Assembly: GCF_013388945.1 (NCBI RefSeq)
Contig: NZ_JACAEH010000012.1
Location: forward strand, 5,303-69,302
Reading direction: 5' to 3'
From: Nitrososphaera sp.
GTDB taxonomy: Archaea > Thermoproteota > Nitrososphaeria > Nitrososphaerales > Nitrososphaeraceae
Length of the DNA stretch: 64,000 bases
Under the pieces are notes generated by a model, which did not search any database, was not told the origin of the DNA, and worked only from the letters and a program-made list of their open reading frames with translations. The first letter of the stretch is position 1. Every line of letters begins with the position of its first letter. This document shows, in pieces, positions 6,825 through 16,615 of the stretch. Position numbers and translations under genes: made by a program.

Positions 6825-8948
6825 ATGCAGGCAAGAAGGATACGCGTTGGCATCGACGTAGGGGGCACGTTCACCAAGGCAGTCGCCATAGACATGGCAA
6901 GGGGCTCCATAATAGGCAAAGTGACCGTTCCCACGACCCACTCGTCGGCAGAAGGAGTATCAACAGGCATAGTTCAGGCGCTAAAGACGCTGATGCAAAA
7001 ACACTCTATCCAGAATTCCGAGATAGAGCTGATATCGCACAGCACCACCCAGGCGGTCAACGCGCTGCTTGAAGGCGACACGGCGCGGGTCGGAATCATA
7101 GGCATGGGCGTCGGCCTTGAAAAATCAAACGTGATCAAGAGGACTAACGTCAAGGACGTCGAGCTTGCGCCAAACAAGTACCTGCACACAAGTTACCGCT
7201 TTTTAGACACGTCAAAGTACCTAGACGACGGGCAGGTCAAGCAGGCAATATCGGGATTAAAGCAGGAAGGCGCCGAGGTGATTGTGGTGAGCGAAGCGTA
7301 CGGCGTCGACGACCCGTCAAACGAGCTTTTCGTCATGCAAAAGTCCGACGTGCCGGCGACGGCCGGCCACGAGCTCACAGGGATATACGGGCTTGAGATA
7401 AGGACGCTCACTGCCGCCATCAACGCAGGCATCCTTCCCAAGGCGACCGGCACTGCGAGGTTTGTCGAGTCTGCAGTGCGAAACGAAGGCATAGCTGCGC
7501 CTGTGCTCATCATGAAAGGCGACGGCGGCGTCACAAGCATGAACACTTTTCGGAGCAAGCCGATAATCACAGTTCTATCAGGGCCGGCGGCAAGTGTCGC
7601 CGGCGCGCTCTTGCACCTGCGCGTAATCGACGGCGTGTTCATTGAAGTCGGAGGGACTTCGACCAACGTCTGCGTCATAAAGGACGGCAGGCCGGAGGTG
7701 CGCTACGTCACGATAATGCAGCACCCCACCTGCATCAGGTCGCTTGACGTCAGGGTCGCAGGCGTCGCGGGAGGCTCGCTTGTCAGGTGGTCAGGCCGCA
7801 AGATAACGGACGTGGGCCCGAGATCGGCGCACATTGCAGGGCTTCCTTATTCCTGCTTTGCCAGGCCAGAAGAGCTCGAGGGAGGGCAGGTGATAACCTT
7901 CAGCCCCAGGGAGGGCGACCCTATAGACTATGTTGCAATAGAGGCAGGGGGCAAACGCTTTGCAATAACAAACACGTGTGCGGCAAACGCGCTTGGCGCC
8001 GTACCTGAAGGAGACTATGCCTATGCAAACCAGGAATCTGCCAGATTAGCGCTTTCCATACTTGCAGCCAGGCTAGGCACCACGATGGAGCAGGCGGCAA
8101 GTATTATCCTTGACATTTCTGCAAAGAAGGTGCTTGACATAGTCGAGCCGATGGTAAAGGAGTACAAGCTAAAGCGTGACAGAATAGTTTTTGTCGGGGG
8201 CGGAGGCGGCGCGTCGGTGCTTGTCCCGCACGTCGCAAAAAAGATGCAGCTTGCGCACAAGATAGCCGAGCACGCCGAGGTGATATCGTCCATCGGCGTT
8301 GCTGCGGCCATGATCCACGAGGAGGTCGAAAAGACCGTGAACGACCCGAGGCCCGAGGACATTTCCGAGCTTGCAGAGCAGGTCAAAAAGTTGGCACTTG
8401 AGAGGGGCGCGCTGCCAGAGTCGATAACAATCCAGTCAGAGTTTGTCAGCGAGCGCTCGCTTTTGCGCGTCACTGCGATGGGCAACGTGTCACTTGACAT
8501 CGGAACTGCAAACGCGGTGGAGATTGGCGACAATGAGGCTCATGTGCTTGCATGCGAGCTTTTCGGAGTCAACGAGGGCGTGCAGCGCATATTTGACATG
8601 AAGAACTACCACATATTTGCCTGCGAGGTCAGCAAGAAGAAGCTGTTCTTAAAATCCAAAAGGCAGCCGGTCCTGGTGCTTGACAAGTACGGCCGAGTCA
8701 GGCTTTCAGTAGACAACGCCGCGATATTCAACGGGCCGCCGGACACAGTTGCCGACAGCGTCGACAAAGTCCTGCGGAACCACAAGGACTCTGGCAAGGA
8801 CCTGGCGCCGCAGGTACACATACTTGACGGTGTGAAACTGATGGACTTTTCCAGCCTGACGGCACCCGAGCATGTCTCAAAGGCCGTGAGGGACGAGCTG
8901 AAGAACGCGGCGTCAAGGGATGTCGCGGCCATTGTCAGGCTTGATTGA
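6825..8948 (+). CDS. Hydantoinase/oxoprolinase family protein (HyuA-like)
   Basis: N-terminal [14 protein letters not shown] (ASKHA-fold phosphate-1 motif typical of Hydantoinase_A N-terminus), a second GGGGA motif, and about 700 aa in length. Confidence 0.75.
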   Translation: MQARRIRVGIDVGGTFTKAVAIDMARGSIIGKVTVPTTHSSAEGVSTGIVQALKTLMQKHSIQNSEIELISHSTTQAVNALLEGDTARVGIIGMGVGLEKSNVIKRTNVKDVELAPNKYLHTSYRFLDTSKYLDDGQVKQAISGLKQEGAEVIVVSEAYGVDDPSNELFVMQKSDVPATAGHELTGIYGLEIRTLTAAINAGILPKATGTARFVESAVRNEGIAAPVLIMKGDGGVTSMNTFRSKPIITVLSGPAASVAGALLHLRVIDGVFIEVGGTSTNVCVIKDGRPEVRYVTIMQHPTCIRSLDVRVAGVAGGSLVRWSGRKITDVGPRSAHIAGLPYSCFARPEELEGGQVITFSPREGDPIDYVAIEAGGKRFAITNTCAANALGAVPEGDYAYANQESARLALSILAARLGTTMEQAASIILDISAKKVLDIVEPMVKEYKLKRDRIVFVGGGGGASVLVPHVAKKMQLAHKIAEHAEVISSIGVAAAMIHEEVEKTVNDPRPEDISELAEQVKKLALERGALPESITIQSEFVSERSLLRVTAMGNVSLDIGTANAVEIGDNEAHVLACELFGVNEGVQRIFDMKNYHIFACEVSKKKLFLKSKRQPVLVLDKYGRVRLSVDNAAIFNGPPDTVADSVDKVLRNHKDSGKDLAPQVHILDGVKLMDFSSLTAPEHVSKAVRDELKNAASRDVAAIVRLD

Positions 8949-9573
8949 ATTGCACGAAACGCTCGACTGCACAGATGCAGGGATAGAAAGGTGTGCCCAG
9001 ATAGTCAAGGCAGGCGGCGTTGTCGTGTTCCCTACAGACACGGTATACGGCATTGGCTGCGACCCGCACAACGACGCGGCGGTAAGGCGGGTTTTTGCGA
9101 TAAAGGGCAGGGAAGAAAAAAAGCCGCTGCCAGTTTTGGCGGCAAGCATAGGCGACGCAGAGAAGATTGTCATTTTGGGTCCACGCGGCAGGGCCCTTGC
9201 AGAAAAGTTCTGGCCTGGCGCCCTCACAATAGTGGCCCCTCTGAAGGACAGGAAAATCTCGCAGGGCGTGACTGCCGGCAAGGACAGCCTTGCAGTAAGG
9301 GTGCCTGCAAACAGGTGCGTGCTTGGCGTCCTGAAGATCTGCAAGTACCTTGTCGGAACTAGCGCAAACCAGTCAGGCATGCCGGCGCCCAGGGACGCGC
9401 AGTCAGTGCTAAAGTCGCTTTCCGGTTTTGACGCGATACTGGCAGACAGGGAACTGCCCGCCGGCAGAGAATCCACCGTTGTCGACGCGTCCGGCCCGGA
9501 CGCAAAGATAGTAAGGCAGGGCGCGATAAGCCAAGACGCGATAAGGAAAGTGCTTGCGGATGCACGACTTTAA
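8920..9573 (+). CDS. sua5: L-threonylcarbamoyladenylate synthase (Sua5/YrdC/TsaC family)
   Basis: Motifs [28 protein letters not shown] and TSANQSG are typical of the YrdC domain. Confidence 0.85.
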   Translation: MSRPLSGLIELHETLDCTDAGIERCAQIVKAGGVVVFPTDTVYGIGCDPHNDAAVRRVFAIKGREEKKPLPVLAASIGDAEKIVILGPRGRALAEKFWPGALTIVAPLKDRKISQGVTAGKDSLAVRVPANRCVLGVLKICKYLVGTSANQSGMPAPRDAQSVLKSLSGFDAILADRELPAGRESTVVDASGPDAKIVRQGAISQDAIRKVLADARL

Positions 9574-10084
9574 CCTGATAGTCACCTCGTCCCGCTTCAG
9601 GGAGGAGGAAGCATGCGACGAGATGCTGGACCTCCTTGGCTCGTTTGGCGACTCAAGCGCAGAAGCAGAGATCACCGAGATAAGGGGCATAATACTTGCC
9701 AGGACGGCGCTTGACCCGCTTTCAGTGGTTGAAAGGCTAAAGAAACTTGCAGCGGACGAGCCGTGGGACATCCGCTATGTCATGCGCGTTGTGCCCATAG
9801 AAAAGGTGGTGCCGGCAGAGCTTGAAGACATACAGGGCGCGGCTTCTGATCTGGCGGCGCGCATAGGACCCGAAGACTCGTTCCGCGTGACTGTCGAAAA
9901 GAGGCACAGCGCGCTCCATTCCATGGAGATAATTGAATACGTCGCCGAAGCAGTCAAGCGCAAGGTCAACCTCACAGATCCGGACTGGGTGGTACTTGTA
10001 GAGATAGTTGGCAAGGACGCCGGCGTTTCAGTCGTCAGAAAAGACATGATTTTCAGCTCTGTTGTGGAAAAGCGCGGGAGCTAG
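9554..10084 (+). CDS. THUMP domain-containing RNA-binding protein
   Basis: Stand-alone ~175 aa protein with THUMP-like organisation ([10 protein letters not shown]... / FRVTVEKRH... / VVLVEIVG). Overlaps the sua5 stop. Confidence 0.7.
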   Translation: MRMHDFNLIVTSSRFREEEACDEMLDLLGSFGDSSAEAEITEIRGIILARTALDPLSVVERLKKLAADEPWDIRYVMRVVPIEKVVPAELEDIQGAASDLAARIGPEDSFRVTVEKRHSALHSMEIIEYVAEAVKRKVNLTDPDWVVLVEIVGKDAGVSVVRKDMIFSSVVEKRGS

Positions 10085-10605
10085 CCCTTTACCAGAATCG
10101 CGGCCCGCTCGAGCAGAAAGTCAAAGAACTGCCCATCGTCCACCTTTGGTCTTGCGCCAAGCATCTTTTCAAGCCGCGCCTTCTTGGCTTTGTCAGGGGA
10201 AAGCACCGAGTCGTCGAGCTCAAACTCTTTTGCAATTTGTTCGCCGAATTTTTTGATTGCGTGTGCGTCTTTTGAAAACGCGATAAAGCAGCCCGGATGG
10301 CTCTTTTTCAGACCCGCCCTCTTGAGCGCCTCTGATATCTGGTCGGTGCACGCAAGACGGAGTAATACTTCAGTCTCGGGCTTGTTTGCCATCATGACCT
10401 TTCTCTCAAGCGCCTCGATAGCTATGTAAAGCGCGCCTATGGCGTGTTCCCGGCCGTAGACAATCTTGGCGTCAGCAGCCTGCACCATCACCTTTGGGTG
10501 CGCTGCGCGAATCCTGTCTATGAGCTTGCCCGGGTCGCCTTCCAGCTTCTTTACCCCAGCAACCAGCACCGACCACCTGTCAGCCACCGTGCACCACCGT
10601 GACAA
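10081..10605 (-). CDS. cgi121: KEOPS complex subunit Cgi121
   Basis: VQAADAKIVYGREHAIGALYIAIEA..., ETEVLLRLACTDQISEAL and the size match the CGI-121 family. Confidence 0.7.
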   Translation of the reverse strand: MSRWCTVADRWSVLVAGVKKLEGDPGKLIDRIRAAHPKVMVQAADAKIVYGREHAIGALYIAIEALERKVMMANKPETEVLLRLACTDQISEALKRAGLKKSHPGCFIAFSKDAHAIKKFGEQIAKEFELDDSVLSPDKAKKARLEKMLGARPKVDDGQFFDFLLERAAILVKG

Positions 10606-10834
10606 CAGTCACTTCGTCTCCGTCTTTTGCAACCGTGCTGGCACCTGCTATCGCGGCCGAATCAACGCCGTTTACTGCAATTATCAGGTTGCCGGGCTGC
10701 AAGAGGCGCGGCTCGGAAGACATGCCTTGGAGGAAATTCAGGATTTCAGAAACGGTGGCAGAATTGCGGTCAAGCCCGACAAGGGGCCTGCCGACTGCCT
10801 TTTTGGCCCCGCCGAGCAGCCGGATTGCTATCAT
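10580..10834 (-). CDS. MoaD/ThiS-family ubiquitin-like small modifier (SAMP-like), C-terminal GG
   Basis: 84 aa beta-grasp-like protein ending ...VVTVVHGG. Confidence 0.7.
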   Translation of the reverse strand: MIAIRLLGGAKKAVGRPLVGLDRNSATVSEILNFLQGMSSEPRLLQPGNLIIAVNGVDSAAIAGASTVAKDGDEVTVVTVVHGG

Positions 10835-11070
10835 TCTTCGACAGTTTCTTCTTCCGGCTCTACTTCCTCTGCCATTGCAGACGAGGCCTTTTCCTGCGCG
10901 GCCTTTTTGCGCAGGTGCGAGGTGATGTAGCCCGCAAGTTCGTTTCTCAGGACCTTGGACTTGACGACTGCCACCTCGGCCAGAGCCTTCTTGTTAGCGT
11001 CAAACTCCAGCCCGAACTTGTTCGGGTATTTCTCCAGGAGCTCGCCGGAAATGCGCTTTATGCGGTTCAT
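10831..11070 (-). CDS. rps17e: 30S ribosomal protein S17e (eS17)
   Basis: MNRIKRISGELLEKYPNKF...NKKALAEVAVVKSKVLRNELAGYIT matches the S17e pattern. Confidence 0.85.
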   Translation of the reverse strand: MNRIKRISGELLEKYPNKFGLEFDANKKALAEVAVVKSKVLRNELAGYITSHLRKKAAQEKASSAMAEEVEPEEETVEE

Positions 11071-11099
11071 TTGAACAGAACAGCCACGTGATTGATAAT

Positions 11100-11867
11100 T
11101 TATAATTGTTGTGAAAGGAAGGCTTGGGTGTTATTTTCCAGGGTTTCCACGGTCTCGGCATAGGGCATCCCAAGCGTCTTTGACGCGGCTAGGACGACGC
11201 TTGCAAGAAACGAGCTTGGAAGCGCAGGCTTGTCCTCAAAGCAGCGCGAGTAGCGCACAGGCCCGTCGGTCTCTACCAAGAACCTGTCTTTGCGCGTGTT
11301 TTTCAAAAGCACCTTCTTGTCGTCGGCGTACACCAGCGCCGGCCCGTACGACACGTACAGCCCCATGTCCATCGACCGCGCAAGTTGCTTCTTGCTTCCT
11401 GCAAACCAGTGGAGCAACGCGCCATGGAGCCGGAACGACGGCAGGATCTCCAGTATGTCGTCAAGGGCGCGCCGGGAGTGTATCGACACGGGCTTGCCCA
11501 GGTTTTCTGCAAGCGCAAGCATCGAGTTGAACACTTGTTTTTGCTTTTCGTAAGGAACGCCTCGCTCTGCCTCGTACGTGCCGTCAAGCCCTATCTCGCC
11601 TATGCCGTCGATGCCAGCCGCGTTTGACCGGGCAAACTCCAAGAACTCCTGAAGGTCTTCTTTTGCGGCAAACTCGGGATGTATCCCGACAAACTGCCTG
11701 ACTGCGTCGCGCGCGCCGCTGAAAAGTTCCAGGCTCTTCCTTGACGTTTCCATGTCGACTGCCACAGAGCATGCGACTATCTTCATAGCCCTAAGCGACG
11801 TCAGGATGTGGAGGATGTATCCGGAATATTCCCTGTCTGTCAGGTGCACGTGCGCGTCGTACAGCAA
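11100..11867 (-). CDS. tatD: TatD-family metal-dependent hydrolase/DNase
   Basis: N-terminal YDAHVHL, IGEIGLD and HSR motifs. Confidence 0.85.
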   Translation of the reverse strand: MLYDAHVHLTDREYSGYILHILTSLRAMKIVACSVAVDMETSRKSLELFSGARDAVRQFVGIHPEFAAKEDLQEFLEFARSNAAGIDGIGEIGLDGTYEAERGVPYEKQKQVFNSMLALAENLGKPVSIHSRRALDDILEILPSFRLHGALLHWFAGSKKQLARSMDMGLYVSYGPALVYADDKKVLLKNTRKDRFLVETDGPVRYSRCFEDKPALPSSFLASVVLAASKTLGMPYAETVETLENNTQAFLSQQL

Positions 11868-11924
11868 CTGCTCAAATAGAGCCGGACACGAAATAAACTT
11901 TTAACGGGCGGGGCCGAACTAGAG

Positions 11925-12155
11925 GTGATGTCTTCATCCGGTCCCGAATTTGGCCTTGCCGCCATGTACCGCATCATGAAAAAGTCCGGCGCAGAGAGGG
12001 TCAGCGACGACGCCGCGGACGAGCTGAGAAAGGTCCTCGAAGAGGCTGCCGAGAGGATAGCCCGCCAGGCAGTCGAGCTTTCCGTCCATGCCGGGAGAAA
12101 GACCATCAAGCCGGAGGACATCCGCTTTGCGGCAAAGAACGTGGTAAGGCCCTAG
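11925..12155 (+). CDS. Archaeal histone (HMf family)
   Basis: ~70 aa histone fold: ...RIMKKSGAERVSDDAADELRKVLEEAAERIARQAVELSVHAGRKTIKPEDIRFA. Confidence 0.9.
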   Translation: MMSSSGPEFGLAAMYRIMKKSGAERVSDDAADELRKVLEEAAERIARQAVELSVHAGRKTIKPEDIRFAAKNVVRP

Positions 12156-12237
12156 CTGATCAACTTTTGCACAGGTACAAGTAAGCATAACTTGCACGGC
12201 AGTCTTTTCTAGGCGGTTGCCATTGCACCATCAATTC

Positions 12238-13140
12238 ATGGGCGGCATAACCTGGCCTTTCTTAAAGTGGGCGTGCGGCAAGCGCAGGCTGGCCCGGCAC
12301 CTTGCGGCGCTCTGCCCTGACCGCTTTGAAAGGTACATCGAGCCCTTCCTTGGAAGCGGCGCGCTTTTCCTGTACCTTGCGCAGACAAGGCAGCCGTTTC
12401 CAGCGCTGCTTTCAGACTCTAACGCAGAGCTGGTGAACGTGTACAGGTGCGTCAGGGACAGTGTCAACGAATTGGCGCAGGCACTTGAGGAGCACGAGAG
12501 GAGGTATTACAGAAATCCCGAGGGACACTATTACCGTGTCAGGGACGACTGCAGGCCGCAGGACAGGATAGAAAGAGCCGCGCGCATGATATTCTTGAAC
12601 AAGACATGCTACAACGGCCTGTACAGGGTGAACAGGGCCGGCAGGTTCAACGTGCCGCACGGTACCTACGTGCGCCCGGCGATATGCAACAAAGAAGCGC
12701 TGATGTCGGCGTCTGAAATCCTCAACAGGGATGGTGTCTCTATCAGGCGCGCAGACTACTCTAGCGCGATTTCTGCCTGCAGGCCGGGCGACTTGGTGTA
12801 CCTTGACCCGCCCTACCTCCCGATTACAAAGACTGCAAGTTTCACCGACTATACCAGCGAGAGTTTCGGCTACGACGACCACGTCGCGCTAGCAAAAGAG
12901 TTCCAGAGGCTTTCAGATCTGGGCTGCACAGTAGTGCTCTCAAACTCCAACTCTGTCAGGATAAGGCGGCTTTACGAGGGGTTTGCCATCCAGACCGTCG
13001 GAGTGAGCAGGTCGATAAACTGCAACGCAAGCAGGCGGACCGGCCAGAGCGAGCTTGTGGTCACCAACGCGCAGGTCATTCGTAGACAGCTACTGTCCGG
13101 GCGCCAAGCTTTACCAGCATCGGCCCCACGAACGTCGTGA
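12238..13140 (+). CDS. DNA adenine methyltransferase, Dam/D12 class (no partner nuclease visible)
   Basis: PFLKWACGK, EPFLGSGALF (SAM motif I) and VYLDPPY (motif IV). Start taken at ATG 12238. The 3' tail overlaps the convergent antiporter gene by 65 nt. Confidence 0.85.
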   Translation: MGGITWPFLKWACGKRRLARHLAALCPDRFERYIEPFLGSGALFLYLAQTRQPFPALLSDSNAELVNVYRCVRDSVNELAQALEEHERRYYRNPEGHYYRVRDDCRPQDRIERAARMIFLNKTCYNGLYRVNRAGRFNVPHGTYVRPAICNKEALMSASEILNRDGVSIRRADYSSAISACRPGDLVYLDPPYLPITKTASFTDYTSESFGYDDHVALAKEFQRLSDLGCTVVLSNSNSVRIRRLYEGFAIQTVGVSRSINCNASRRTGQSELVVTNAQVIRRQLLSGRQALPASAPRTS

Positions 13141-14242
13141 GTGCCACGACTGTCCCGACTATTGGGAAGAGGAACGGGCTGACCACGCCCAGGTCCTGGC
13201 CCACTTTCAGGACGATGAACGAAAACTCGCCCAGCTGCGCCATCGAAAGGCCTATGCCCATCGCAAAGGCCTTGTCAAACCCGAACAGCCTGACGCCGCC
13301 GTAGACTGCGCCCAGCTTGCCAAATATCGTGACTACCGTTATCACCGCTATCGGCACCCAGTACTCCGATATGGTCGAAAGGTCCATGAGCGCGCCTATG
13401 GTGACAAAGAATATCGCGATAAAGATCTCACGCGTCGGCTGGATGAGAGTCGAGACCTGGTCTGAAAAGCGCGTGCCTGCAATTATCACGCCGGCCAAAA
13501 ACGCGCCCGTCGCTGCAGAAAAGCCAAGCGAGTACGATAGAAATGCAAGCCCAAAGGCTGTGCCAAGAGCGAACATGATGGTTATCTCGTAGCGCTCAAG
13601 CCTTGAGATGAGTGAAAAGATCCGGGGCATGGCAATAACGCCGGCCGCTATCGTGCCTCCGATAAAGAGCCCTATCTCGCCAATGGTCAGGAGCACCTGA
13701 CCGAACTCAAACGATCCGCTCACCACGCCAGCGTGCATCGCGCTTATCATCACCACGGCGACGATGTCCTCGATGACAAGCACGCCTATCATCAGAAGTG
13801 ACGACGTGGCCTCCATCCGGCCCATGTCCTCGAGCACCTTGACTATGATGGCAGTGGAGCTGATGGAAAGCGCGGCTGCAAGGAACATGGCGTCGTAAAA
13901 GTTCCACCCAAAGGCTGCGCCCACTCCAAAGCCTATCCCAAGCATGACCAGCACCTCGACTACAGCTATGCCGGTGCCTATCTTGCCGATTGCGCGCAGC
14001 TGCCTGAGTGGAAACGCAAGGCCGACTCCAAAGAGCAAAAGCACGATCGCAATGTCAGAAAAGTTGTTCAGCATCTCGGTGTTCTGAACGAGCTTGAAGG
14101 GTCCGAAAGGCCCTATGAGAATCCCGGCCACGAGGAAGCCGAGCACCATCGGCTGCTTGAAGATGTACGCAAGCGCGCCCACGCCTGCGCATATGAGGAG
14201 CAGGAAGCCAAGGTCGCCTACCAGCTCTATACCCACTGTCAA
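13076..14242 (-). CDS. Cation:proton antiporter (CPA2/Kef-type Na+/H+ exchanger family)
   Basis: 388 aa polytopic membrane protein with typical N-terminal LLLICAGVGALAYIFKQPMVLGFLVAGILIGP. Confidence 0.85.
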   Translation of the reverse strand: MTVGIELVGDLGFLLLICAGVGALAYIFKQPMVLGFLVAGILIGPFGPFKLVQNTEMLNNFSDIAIVLLLFGVGLAFPLRQLRAIGKIGTGIAVVEVLVMLGIGFGVGAAFGWNFYDAMFLAAALSISSTAIIVKVLEDMGRMEATSSLLMIGVLVIEDIVAVVMISAMHAGVVSGSFEFGQVLLTIGEIGLFIGGTIAAGVIAMPRIFSLISRLERYEITIMFALGTAFGLAFLSYSLGFSAATGAFLAGVIIAGTRFSDQVSTLIQPTREIFIAIFFVTIGALMDLSTISEYWVPIAVITVVTIFGKLGAVYGGVRLFGFDKAFAMGIGLSMAQLGEFSFIVLKVGQDLGVVSPFLFPIVGTVVALTTFVGPMLVKLGARTVAVYE

Positions 14243-14317
14243 GTCTGTTCTGCCTTCAAAAATCTTGAATTTGCTTTATGACGGCAAGTCAAATTTACTT
14301 TTCAACTAGCGAATATT

Positions 14318-14554
14318 TTGTTGGCAAATGCACGAATCCTGCATCAAGAATATATACAACCTGCCCACTTTTGCGTTTGCTTGGAGCCAAAGAAGGAAGC
14401 AGAGATAATAAGTGAGATCCTGCTCAAGGCGGCAAGCGAGCCCGAGTTCCGCAACTCACTGATACGCGACCCTGCGGACGTTCTTGGACGGTACAACGTC
14501 TCGCCTCAGGCAAAGACCATAATCGCAAACAGCATAAACGACCTCACGCAGTGA
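14318..14554 (+). CDS. Small helical protein resembling an NHLP/Nif11-type leader domain; true start possibly TTG ~14381
   Basis: ILLKAASEPEFRNSLIRDPADVLGRYNVSPQ resembles NHLP/Nif11 leader domains. An internal AATATATA box suggests a shorter, leaderless ~57 aa product. Confidence 0.45.
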   Translation: MLANARILHQEYIQPAHFCVCLEPKKEAEIISEILLKAASEPEFRNSLIRDPADVLGRYNVSPQAKTIIANSINDLTQ

Positions 14555-14555
14555 G

Positions 14556-15410
14556 CTACCACCTTTTGCCAGCTGCCTGCCTCATGTGGTAGTAGAGGTA
14601 CTGCTGCGCATAGCCGGCGTGTCTGCCAAAGTACCTGCGCATCTGGCTTGAGAGATTCTCGTACTGGCATGCAGTGAGTTTGTCGCTCGTCTTTTTGTCT
14701 GAAAGCCAGTCGTAGTGGTTTGCAAGCGCCCTTGCTATCCACACGTCTATCGGAAACGCGTCCAGCTTTTCAAGCGAGAAGAGAAGCACGCAGTCGGCTA
14801 TCTTGGGGCCCACGCCGTATATCTCCAGCAGCCGAGCCTTGGCGTCCTCGTAGCTTGCCTTCTTGAGAGACTCGAGGTCTAGCGAGCCTCGCGCTATTTC
14901 TCTTGCGGCCGCTTTTATCGCCTTTGCGCGGTAGCCAAGGCCGGCGGCACGGAGCTCGGCCTCGCTTGCGCGGTCAAGGGCCTTTGCAGAGGGAAACGCG
15001 TGGAATTTCTGCCCGTCGACTTGAACCTGCCTGCCAAACCGGGCGCAGAGCGAGCGCAGCATCCTGCGTATCATCGGTATGTTGGTGTTGCTTGCGCACA
15101 GAAACGAGAACAGGCACTGCTCGGCATCCTGCCTCATCAGCCGCAGGCCGGGGTAGGTCGCAACGAGGCTTTTCACGAGAGGATCGTGCGATATCTCGCC
15201 AAGTATCGCACCCATATCGTCGTCGAGCCTGAAGATCTCCTCAGCAGACACGCAGTCCGGGAACGACTCGAGGTCCAGCGGATCTGCTGCAGAAAACCTG
15301 ACGACAGAACCCCCATGAATGCCGTACCAGTTGTTCCCGACGCGTTCCCACAGAAATTCCTGGCCGCTGTTTATAGAAAGCTCTGCGTTGAGGTGCTGCA
15401 GAACCGACAT
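14556..15410 (-). CDS. ogg: 8-oxoguanine DNA glycosylase / N-glycosylase-DNA lyase (OGG, HhH-GPD)
   Basis: HhH-GPD motif GVGPKIADCVLLFSLEKLDAFPIDVWI, with catalytic Lys and Asp context. Confidence 0.85.
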   Translation of the reverse strand: MSVLQHLNAELSINSGQEFLWERVGNNWYGIHGGSVVRFSAADPLDLESFPDCVSAEEIFRLDDDMGAILGEISHDPLVKSLVATYPGLRLMRQDAEQCLFSFLCASNTNIPMIRRMLRSLCARFGRQVQVDGQKFHAFPSAKALDRASEAELRAAGLGYRAKAIKAAAREIARGSLDLESLKKASYEDAKARLLEIYGVGPKIADCVLLFSLEKLDAFPIDVWIARALANHYDWLSDKKTSDKLTACQYENLSSQMRRYFGRHAGYAQQYLYYHMRQAAGKRW

Positions 15411-15491
15411 GCCATCTAGCCGGCTCTAGGCATTATTGAACCTGTCGCCCTCAAACGTTAAATAAATGACAGGCCCTCTGTGCTTCTGCAT

Positions 15492-15794
15492 ATGAGCTCT
15501 AGCAACAACCCGGCCGACCCGGTGGATGCGTTCAAGAAGGCAGTGGAGAAGGGGAGCGAAGCCCAGAAGGAGCTTGCCAAGCAGGTCTCGTCCATACAGA
15601 TGGATGCAATGCAGAACTACTTTGCGATGCTGAGGGGTCTCAGCTTTTACAACGCGATGTTCAAGACCACCGTCCAGAGCGGCAGCAGGATCTCGATTCC
15701 AGAGGCCGAGAGGCAGGCGCTTGACATCGAGGACGGCGACCTGGTGCAGGTAATCGTCATACCAATAGAGAGGAAGAGAAAGAAGGAAGGCTAG
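15492..15794 (+). CDS. AbrB/SpoVT-domain protein with N-terminal helical (phasin-like?) region
   Basis: C-terminal SRISIPEAERQALDIEDGDLVQVIVIPI is a swapped-hairpin AbrB-like motif. Confidence 0.6.
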   Translation: MSSSNNPADPVDAFKKAVEKGSEAQKELAKQVSSIQMDAMQNYFAMLRGLSFYNAMFKTTVQSGSRISIPEAERQALDIEDGDLVQVIVIPIERKRKKEG

Positions 15795-16615
15795 GGCGCC
15801 AGGTCCTTGCCGGCGAGGAACTTTATCACTATCCTGTTAAAGGTCATGGGCTTTTCCACGTAGGGCGTGTGGCCCGAGTCCTTTAGCACCACAAGCTCGC
15901 TTCCCGGGATTTCTCTGAATTCTTTCGAGTACTGGAGCGGTATCATCTTGTCCGAGTCGCCCCAGAGTATGAGCGTCGGGTTGATGACTTCTGACAGCCT
16001 CCCCCTCAGCGGCGGCGCGTACTTTATCCCAAGGAGCGTGGACATGAACGCGTACTTGGCGTTTGGAAGCCTCATCCTGTTTACAAAGTCAAGCACTGTC
16101 TCCTCGCTCACGCTGGCAGGGTCAAAGGCCATGTCCCGAAACGCCTTGAGCGCGTTCTCGTAAGTAGGGTAGAGCGCGGCCATGATGTAGCCGTCGAGCA
16201 CCGGCGTCGAGGTCTTCATCATGCCTGCCGGCGCCGCCAGCACCAGCTTGCGCAGGGCCCTCCCGCGCCTTATCGCATATTCTGCAGCGATGTGGCCGCC
16301 AAACGACGAGGCAATCATGTGCGGCCTGTTTGCGCCCACGTTTTGCAAAAACTTGTCCAAAAAGTCGACGAAAAAGTCCACGGTGTATTCCACGTCGGGC
16401 TTGTCACTGTACCCAAAGCCCACTATGTCAGGAACGAGCACGCGGAAGTACCGCGACAGAGCCGGCGCTACGCGGAGCCAGCGCTCCGAGGACGCGCCAA
16501 GCCCGTGCAGGAGAATCAGGTCCTCTGCCCCTTCACGCGGAAGGCCATAGTCGAGGTACCTCACCGTGTAATCGTCAACCTTGGTCATCCGCTGCGGCGT
16601 GTCTTGTTCCTGCAA
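15791..16615 (-). CDS. Alpha/beta-fold hydrolase (meta-cleavage-product-hydrolase-like)
   Basis: HGLGASSERW oxyanion region, nucleophile elbow ASSFGG, C-terminal DSGH. Confidence 0.85.
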   Translation of the reverse strand: MQEQDTPQRMTKVDDYTVRYLDYGLPREGAEDLILLHGLGASSERWLRVAPALSRYFRVLVPDIVGFGYSDKPDVEYTVDFFVDFLDKFLQNVGANRPHMIASSFGGHIAAEYAIRRGRALRKLVLAAPAGMMKTSTPVLDGYIMAALYPTYENALKAFRDMAFDPASVSEETVLDFVNRMRLPNAKYAFMSTLLGIKYAPPLRGRLSEVINPTLILWGDSDKMIPLQYSKEFREIPGSELVVLKDSGHTPYVEKPMTFNRIVIKFLAGKDLAP

